Positions 30,830 through 37,191 of a DNA stretch of 37,191 bases are shown here, piece after piece; the stretch's first letter is position 1; each line of letters starts with the position of its first letter. The stretch is taken from sequence record SRR22947725_7321; one strand, written 5' to 3'. The notes beneath the pieces are model-generated. The model made no database searches and was not told where the DNA came from. It worked only from the letters and a program-made list of their open reading frames with translations. Made by a program: the position numbers and the translations under genes.

Positions 30830-31626
30830 TGAAAAAACGATCACTTCTTTTTGGGTTGCTATTATTATTAGGGTGTGAGGACCCTATCGATGTCTCATTG
30901 CCACCACTAGACGAACGCTTAGTCATTGATGCGATGCTTTGGCGTCCTGTTGGAGGCAGCACGGGTAATTTGGACGTGGTCATCTCTAGAACAACTGATT
31001 TTTACGCTACTGAAGTTCCCTATGTCGCTGGAGCCGTAGTTACACTGCTAGATGGAGGTGGGGTTCATACAGCCACAGAAAACGAAGCAGGACATTATAC
31101 AATTGAAGCACTTTCGGTCGTTGAAAACAACGAATACACCCTTGAAGTTAGCCTTGATGGTGTACGCTATACGGCCAAAGAGCATTTAGTGCTTTCAACC
31201 CCTATTGATGCCATTACTCAGGGAGATGATAGCTTATTTTCAGGTGATGAAACCGAAGCGATCGTTCAATTTACTGACCGACCTGAAGAAGGGAACTACT
31301 ACCTCATGGACTTTGGCTACAACAACCTGTTTGTTACTCGCGATAAGTTTTACAACGGAAACCAACTTAGCTTTTCATTTTTCTACGATGAGTTTTTTCC
31401 AAAAAACACCCCCACAACCATATACCTAATGGCCATAGACAAAACATTTTATACCTACATGCAAGTGCTCATTGCACACTCTGGGCAAGATGGAGGGGGT
31501 CCTTTTGCTACTGCCAAATCGATTCAGCGCGGGAATATTCAGAACCCAACAGCTCCCGACGAGTTTCCATTGGGATACTTTAGGGTAGTTGAACGCGATA
31601 GTTTTATATTTACAGCTACAGACTGA
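30829..31626 (+). CDS. DUF4249 family lipoprotein
   Basis: Lipobox LLGC-EDPID, FTDRPEEGNYY, RGNIQN...PLGYF; translationally coupled to the receptor. Confidence 0.85.
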   Translation: MKKRSLLFGLLLLLGCEDPIDVSLPPLDERLVIDAMLWRPVGGSTGNLDVVISRTTDFYATEVPYVAGAVVTLLDGGGVHTATENEAGHYTIEALSVVENNEYTLEVSLDGVRYTAKEHLVLSTPIDAITQGDDSLFSGDETEAIVQFTDRPEEGNYYLMDFGYNNLFVTRDKFYNGNQLSFSFFYDEFFPKNTPTTIYLMAIDKTFYTYMQVLIAHSGQDGGGPFATAKSIQRGNIQNPTAPDEFPLGYFRVVERDSFIFTATD

Positions 31627-31844
31627 TGAATAAAAAAAATCTTTTTCGCGGACTTCGTGCTATGGCATATGCCATCTTACTGGCGTTTATTGGTCCTACT
31701 GTACTTACTTCGGCCTTTAAAAACCAAGATCATGTTTTTTATATTCCCGTTTTGGGGGTAGCCATCCTTATGTGTCTAGCATCCATTGCGCTTGGCTTCT
31801 GGGGCATTCGCCTTATGGTTAAGGGCTTATTCAATGAAGAGTAA
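31626..31844 (+). CDS. Small 2-TM protein (DUF6095-like)
   Basis: LAFIGP...SAFKNQDH motif, two hydrophobic helices, start overlaps the upstream stop. Confidence 0.7.
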   Translation: MNKKNLFRGLRAMAYAILLAFIGPTVLTSAFKNQDHVFYIPVLGVAILMCLASIALGFWGIRLMVKGLFNEE

Positions 31845-31898
31845 ACGCGGCTGATTTTAGGTGTTCAATCTTGTTCCATCTAAACCTATAAAAAGTTA

Positions 31899-31928
31899 TT
31901 GACGAATAGCACTTTCCGTGTATATTTG
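31899..31928 (+). promoter_or_regulatory. Complete -33/-7 promoter (TTG-N19-TATATTTG) for thrS
   Basis: TTG at 31899-901, 19-nt spacer, TAnnTTTG at 31921-28. Confidence 0.75.
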
Positions 31929-31936
31929 CTACCAGT

Positions 31937-33895
31937 ATGCGTACAACAATTGATATTCGTTTACCCGATGGTGCCATTAAGCAAATGCCTAAAGGCGCTA
32001 CACCATTTGATGTAGCACAAAGCATTAGCGAAGGATTGGCACGTGCCGTATTGTCTGCCTCCTATAACGGTACTGTGGTTGAAACCAAAACCCCATTAAC
32101 TGAAAACGGAGATCTTGTCCTATATACATTTTCCAATGCGGAAGGAAAGAAAGCCTTTTGGCACTCTAGTGCCCACCTATTAGCACAAGCGCTCGAGCAG
32201 CTATATCCGGGTATAAAACTTACGATTGGTCCTGCTATTGACAGTGGTTTTTATTATGATGTGGATAGTACGTCACACGGGATCAGTGAAAAAGATCTTC
32301 CAACTATTGAAAAGCGCATGCTAGAGCTTGCCCGTGGAAAACATGAATTCACGATGCGTTCTGCTACAAAATCCGATGCGCTTTCGTTTTATAAAGGGGC
32401 TGGAAACGAATACAAAACCGAACTTATTGAAGGGCTTGAAGACGGCACCATTACTTTCTGTGATCACGATGATTTCACAGACTTATGTCGTGGTGGTCAT
32501 GTTCCCAATACAGGGGTTATCAAGGCGGTAAAACTCACCAACATTGCTGGTGCCTACTGGCGTGGTGATGAACAAAACAAACAACTAACCCGTATCTACG
32601 GGGTTTCTTTTCCAAAACAAAAGCTATTAACAGAGCACCTTGCCCTTTTGGAAGAAGCAAAAAAACGAGATCACCGAAAACTAGGTGCTGAACTTGGCCT
32701 GTTTACCTTTTCCCAAAAAGTAGGTCAAGGACTTCCGTTATGGCTTCCAAAAGGAGCTGCACTACGTGAGCGGTTAGAACAATTTTTACGAAAAGCACAA
32801 GCAAAAGCTGGATACGATCAGGTTGTGACTCCACATATTGGTCAAAAAGAGCTTTATGTGACTTCGGGGCATTATGAAAAGTATGGCGCTGATAGCTTTC
32901 AACCCATACATACCCCAGCAGAGGGTGAAGAATTCTTGCTTAAACCCATGAATTGCCCGCACCATTGTGAGATTTACAACGCTTCCCCGTGGAGTTACCG
33001 TGATTTACCCATCCGATTGGCTGAATTTGGAACCGTATACCGCTATGAACAAAGCGGTGAGTTACACGGCTTAACAAGAGTTCGTGGTTTTACACAGGAT
33101 GATGCGCATATTTTCTGCACACCAGAACAACTCAATGATGAGTTTATGGCAGTAATTGATTTGGTACTCTATGTCTTTAGTGCCTTAGGGTTTAAAGATT
33201 TTAAGACTCAAGTATCGATTCGCGACCCAAAGAAACCTGAAAAGTACATTGGTGAAACCACACTTTGGGAGAAAGCAGAGCAAGCGATAATTGCTGCAGC
33301 TGAAGAAAAAGGCTTAGACTATGTCATAGAAGAAGGTGAAGCGGCTTTTTACGGCCCAAAACTGGATTTTATGGTTAAAGATGCGTTGGGAAGAAGCTGG
33401 CAGTTGGGGACTATTCAAGTAGACTACACGCTACCCGAACGATTTGACCTTACTTACAAGGGCAGTGATAACGACATGCACCGTCCGGTGATGATACACC
33501 GTGCTCCTTTTGGAAGTATGGAACGTTTTGTCGCAATTTTGATTGAACATACAGGAGGGAATTTCCCCTTATGGCTTACGCCAACACAAGTACAAATACT
33601 CTGTGTTAGTGAAAAGTATGAAAAATACGCGAAAAAAGTTTCAGAATTCTTAGAAAATGACGAAATTCGCGCCCTCGTGGATAATAGAAATGAGACTATA
33701 GGTAAAAAAATCCGCGAAGCTGAAATGAGCAAAGTGCCCTTTATGGTCATTATAGGCGAACAAGAAGCTGCGCAAAATACCGTCTCAGTTCGACAACACG
33801 GAGGAAACGATCTAGGGGCGATGTCGCTAGAAGATTTTGCAAAATTGATTCGAAATCAAGTTGCAGAAGACATAGAAAGTTTTACAACCAATTAA
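31937..33895 (+). CDS. thrS: Threonine--tRNA ligase
   Basis: TGS domain, [52 protein letters not shown]. Confidence 0.98.
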   Translation: MRTTIDIRLPDGAIKQMPKGATPFDVAQSISEGLARAVLSASYNGTVVETKTPLTENGDLVLYTFSNAEGKKAFWHSSAHLLAQALEQLYPGIKLTIGPAIDSGFYYDVDSTSHGISEKDLPTIEKRMLELARGKHEFTMRSATKSDALSFYKGAGNEYKTELIEGLEDGTITFCDHDDFTDLCRGGHVPNTGVIKAVKLTNIAGAYWRGDEQNKQLTRIYGVSFPKQKLLTEHLALLEEAKKRDHRKLGAELGLFTFSQKVGQGLPLWLPKGAALRERLEQFLRKAQAKAGYDQVVTPHIGQKELYVTSGHYEKYGADSFQPIHTPAEGEEFLLKPMNCPHHCEIYNASPWSYRDLPIRLAEFGTVYRYEQSGELHGLTRVRGFTQDDAHIFCTPEQLNDEFMAVIDLVLYVFSALGFKDFKTQVSIRDPKKPEKYIGETTLWEKAEQAIIAAAEEKGLDYVIEEGEAAFYGPKLDFMVKDALGRSWQLGTIQVDYTLPERFDLTYKGSDNDMHRPVMIHRAPFGSMERFVAILIEHTGGNFPLWLTPTQVQILCVSEKYEKYAKKVSEFLENDEIRALVDNRNETIGKKIREAEMSKVPFMVIIGEQEAAQNTVSVRQHGGNDLGAMSLEDFAKLIRNQVAEDIESFTTN

Positions 33896-33906
33896 ATTCG
33901 TTTGTT

Positions 33907-34458
33907 ATAGCGATTAGAAGAAGAAGAAGCAGAGGTCCTGCTCGCGTCATTAAAGAAGATAAGCACCGAATCAATGATAAGATTCGAATGCCTGAAGTTC
34001 GTTTGGTTGGAGAAAATGTAGAAATGGGAGTTTTCCCACTACAAAAGGCCTTGCAAATGGCAAATGAATTGGAGTTAGACTTGGTTGAAATTTCCCCCAA
34101 TGCTTCTCCCCCGGTGTGTAAGATCATCGATTATAAAAAGTTCCTTTACGAGCAAAAGAAGCGCGAAAAGGTAATGAAAGCAAACGCCTCAAAGGTGGTG
34201 CTTAAAGAAATACGATTCGGACCGCAAACCGACGAGCATGATTACGAGTTTAAAAAGAAACACGCAATCAAGTTTTTAGAAGAAGGTGCAAAGCTTAAAG
34301 CTTTTGTGTTTTTTAAAGGGCGTTCGATCATATTTAAAGATCAAGGTCAAATTTTGTTGCTGCGATTAGCACAAGATTTAGAAGAATACGGCAAAGTTGA
34401 ACAATTGCCGAAATTAGAAGGAAAACGGATGATCATGTTGATGAATCCGAAAAAATAA
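33907..34458 (+). CDS. infC: Translation initiation factor IF-3 (probable ATA start)
   Basis: The frame extends upstream of ATG 33988 as (I)[26 protein letters not shown]; also DLVEISP...PVCKIIDY and KEIRFGP. Confidence 0.93.
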   Translation: MAIRRRRSRGPARVIKEDKHRINDKIRMPEVRLVGENVEMGVFPLQKALQMANELELDLVEISPNASPPVCKIIDYKKFLYEQKKREKVMKANASKVVLKEIRFGPQTDEHDYEFKKKHAIKFLEEGAKLKAFVFFKGRSIIFKDQGQILLLRLAQDLEEYGKVEQLPKLEGKRMIMLMNPKK

Positions 34459-34469
34459 AAGGAAGTAGT

Positions 34470-34667
34470 ATGCCTAAGATGAAAACAAAATCGAGTGCCA
34501 AAAAACGCTTTAAGCTAACAGGCACAGGGAAAATTAAACGCAAACATGCGTTTAAGAGTCATATTTTGACAAAAAAATCAAAAAAGCGTAAGCTTAAACT
34601 AACCCATAGTGGTTTGGTACATGAAAGCGACGCAAACAACATCAAAGGACAACTTCGTTTAAAATAA
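34470..34667 (+). CDS. rpmI: 50S ribosomal protein L35
   Basis: [36 protein letters not shown]. Confidence 0.98.
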   Translation: MPKMKTKSSAKKRFKLTGTGKIKRKHAFKSHILTKKSKKRKLKLTHSGLVHESDANNIKGQLRLK

Positions 34668-34727
34668 CGTTAATCTGAGGTCGGCCTTAAAAGTGAGTTA
34701 CTCCGCCTGCTTCACAATATCTATACC

Positions 34728-35072
34728 ATGCCAAGATCAGTAAATTCAGTTGCTTCTAGAGCTCGAAGAAAGAAAATTTTAAAACTAGCTAAAGGATACT
34801 TTGGTCGTAGAAAAAATGTTTGGACTGTAGCTAAAAATGCAGTCGACAAAGCAATGCTTTATGCATACCGTGACCGCAGAAACAAAAAACGCAGCTTCCG
34901 TGCGCTTTGGATCACACGTATCAACGCTGGAGCGCGTCTACATGGCTTGTCTTATTCTCAATTAATGGGAAAAATAAGTGCCAACAACATCGTGCTGAAT
35001 CGTAAGGTATTGGCTGATTTAGCTATGAACCACCCTGAGGCTTTTAAGGCCGTGGTGGATAAGGTTAAGTAA
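34728..35072 (+). CDS. rplT: 50S ribosomal protein L20
   Basis: [16 protein letters not shown]...YAYRDRR...LWITRINA...[10 protein letters not shown]. Confidence 0.98.
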   Translation: MPRSVNSVASRARRKKILKLAKGYFGRRKNVWTVAKNAVDKAMLYAYRDRRNKKRSFRALWITRINAGARLHGLSYSQLMGKISANNIVLNRKVLADLAMNHPEAFKAVVDKVK

Positions 35073-35095
35073 ACTCCTCTATTACAATATATTTA

Positions 35096-36610
35096 TTAGA
35101 ACGGCATATCGTCATCGGACGATCCGCCAAAGGCATCATTGGGATCAATGCGTGGCTGCTCAAAAGGTTCGTCGGCATTAATCTTTGACTGGAATTCCAT
35201 GGGCGCATCGAATTGATCGAGGTTATCGAACTTACCTAGATTACCAATAAACTTCAAGCGTATACTATCCAACCCACCATTTCGGTGTTTTGCGATAATA
35301 AATTCAGCTTGACCAGCAGCAGGAGAACGTTCCTCATCATCCCACTCATCAATCTTGTAATATTCTGGACGATAGATAAAGGTTACCAAATCGGCATCTT
35401 GTTCTATGGCTCCCGATTCACGTAAGTCAGAAATTTGTGGGCGTTTACTTCCACCACGAGTTTCCACAGCACGAGAAAGTTGTGACAAAGCGATAACGGG
35501 AATATCTAATTCTTTAGCTAAGGCTTTTAGGTTTCGAGAAATGGTAGAAATTTCTTGCTCACGATTTCCAGTTTTACTACTTCCTCCTGGTGTCATGAGT
35601 TGCAAATAATCAATCATAATCAATCGAATGCCATGCTGTGATGATAAACGACGTGCTTTGGCACGAAGGTCAAAAATAGAAAGCGAAGGCGTATCATCAA
35701 TAAACAAAGGGGCATTCTCCAAATCAGCAACCTTAACATTGAGTTGTTTCCACTCGTGGTCTTCTAGTTTTCCTGTTCGAAGTTTTTCCGATGAAAGACC
35801 TGTTTCGGAAGAAATAAGTCGTGTAATAAGCTGAACAGAAGACATCTCTAAGGAGAAAAAAGCAACTGGTATATTTTGTTCAACAGCAATATTTCGAGCC
35901 ATTGATAATGTAAAGGCTGTTTTACCCATCCCTGGTCTAGCGGCAACAATGATCAGGTCACTGTTTTGCCAACCTGATGTGATTTTGTCTACCCAAGTGA
36001 ATCCAGATGGAACACCACTCATTCCTTCTTGATTTGCAATTTCTTCAATTTTTTTCTTCGCCAGAATCACAAGACTTTGGGCAGTAGCCGTAGATGTTTT
36101 TAAATTTCCTTGTGCTACCTCGTACAATTTTGATTCTGCCTTATCAAGCATATCAAAAACGTCTTTAGTTTCGTCGTAGGCTTCTTCAATTATCTCGCTA
36201 GAAATTTTAATCAAACTACGTTGAATGAATTTCTGAAGAATGATACGGGCGTGGTATTCAATGTGTGCAGAAGAAGAAACTTTTTTAGAAAGTTGAATGA
36301 GGTAAAAGTCACCCCCTATTTGGTTTAATTTACCTTCTTTTCTAAGTTGAGCCGAAACTGTTAATAAATCAATAGGTTCGGTGTTTTCAAAAAGCCGTAC
36401 CATCGCTGAAAAGATATGTTGATGTGCTTCACGGTAGAAGGCTTCAGGTAAAAGAATATCAATAACCTCATCGACTCCTTTCTTATCAATCATCATGGCG
36501 CCCAACACCACTTCCTCAAAGTCGAGGACTTGCGGAGGGAGTTTACCCCGTTCTAGCGGCACAACTGCAGCTGGGGAAATAATAGCCGGTCTTGATTTTT
36601 TTTCTTCCAC
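35096..36610 (-). CDS. dnaB: Replicative DNA helicase
   Basis: AARPGMGKT, FSLEMS, IDYLQLM, LSQLSR, DLRESGAIEQDAD, IIAKHRNG; no intein visible. Confidence 0.97.
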   Translation of the reverse strand: MEEKKSRPAIISPAAVVPLERGKLPPQVLDFEEVVLGAMMIDKKGVDEVIDILLPEAFYREAHQHIFSAMVRLFENTEPIDLLTVSAQLRKEGKLNQIGGDFYLIQLSKKVSSSAHIEYHARIILQKFIQRSLIKISSEIIEEAYDETKDVFDMLDKAESKLYEVAQGNLKTSTATAQSLVILAKKKIEEIANQEGMSGVPSGFTWVDKITSGWQNSDLIIVAARPGMGKTAFTLSMARNIAVEQNIPVAFFSLEMSSVQLITRLISSETGLSSEKLRTGKLEDHEWKQLNVKVADLENAPLFIDDTPSLSIFDLRAKARRLSSQHGIRLIMIDYLQLMTPGGSSKTGNREQEISTISRNLKALAKELDIPVIALSQLSRAVETRGGSKRPQISDLRESGAIEQDADLVTFIYRPEYYKIDEWDDEERSPAAGQAEFIIAKHRNGGLDSIRLKFIGNLGKFDNLDQFDAPMEFQSKINADEPFEQPRIDPNDAFGGSSDDDMPF

Positions 36611-36713
36611 GATACGAATCTACATAAAGCGTTCGATTTTAAGGTTTTGAAACCCAAAAACTAACAAACGCTATATAGTTAATAACTCTAAAATTTTGTT
36701 TATAAGCCAAACA

Positions 36714-37191
36714 TTATTCGGCATAGACGCCCATGGCGAAGAACTTTTCCATGCGTTCCTTAACAAGCTCCTTTGATGACTTGTCTTTAAGCTCAGTAAA
36801 TGTTTTACATATGGCTTTACGAACGCTTTCAAAAATCAACTCACGATCAGTATGTGCGCCTCCGAGAGGTTCTTTAATGATGGTGTCAATTAATTTTTGA
36901 CGTTTCATGTCTTTCGCGGTAAGTTTTAAAGCCTCAGCGGCTTGTTCTTTGTATTCCCAGCTTCGCCACAATATAGACGAACAAGATTCGGGTGATATGA
37001 CTGAGTACCATGTGTTTTCAAGCATGAAAATACGATCCCCAACTCCTATCCCTAAAGCTCCGCCAGAAGCACCTTCTCCAATAACCACGACGATAATTGG
37101 AACTTTTAGTCGTGACATCTCTAAAATATTACGGGCAATAGCTTCTCCTTGTCCACGCTCTTCTGCTTCTAAACCAGGATATGCACCAGGT
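36714..37191 (-). CDS. accA: Acetyl-CoA carboxylase carboxyltransferase alpha (3' part; start outside the window)
   Basis: [46 protein letters not shown]. Confidence 0.95.
   Translation of the reverse strand, partial: PGAYPGLEAEERGQGEAIARNILEMSRLKVPIIVVVIGEGASGGALGIGVGDRIFMLENTWYSVISPESCSSILWRSWEYKEQAAEALKLTAKDMKRQKLIDTIIKEPLGGAHTDRELIFESVRKAICKTFTELKDKSSKELVKERMEKFFAMGVYAE

Noticed and set aside
33916..33933. AGAAGAAGAAGA short tandem repeat
   Set aside because: It simply encodes the Arg run of the IF3 N-terminus.

Overview
AT-rich chromosomal window of a Flavobacteriales (probably Flavobacteriaceae) bacterium, judged from protein motifs, gene order and many TAnnTTTG (-7) Bacteroidota promoter boxes. 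It is almost all core housekeeping genes: xerD, RprXY-like two-component pair, coaE, fabI, recN, coaBC, rpoZ, bamD, dapA, ligA, prmC, ribD, dnaA, mltG, dapF, htrA, trmD, rplS, icd, a TonB-dependent receptor operon, thrS-infC-rpmI-rplT, dnaB and partial accA. I see no rRNA, tRNA, CRISPR, transposase or prophage. The unusual parts are small. (1) An accessory ORF6N (KilA-N-like) gene between htrA and trmD carries a perfect 12+1+12 palindrome inside its coding sequence, a C-terminal frameshift, and an upstream nested inverted repeat built from heptamer units. (2) The trmD-rplS spacer holds an unannotated minus-strand promoter-to-terminator unit with a 28-codon ORF. (3) Three accessory genes are damaged (DUF2853 frameshift, GNAT internal deletion, ORF6N frameshift) while core genes look intact. 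(4) Many -7 boxes sit only 3-8 nt before start codons, suggesting leaderless mRNAs. (5) There are candidate ribosomal-leader RNAs and a degenerate dif-like site. All family assignments come from motif recognition and recall, not from database searches.
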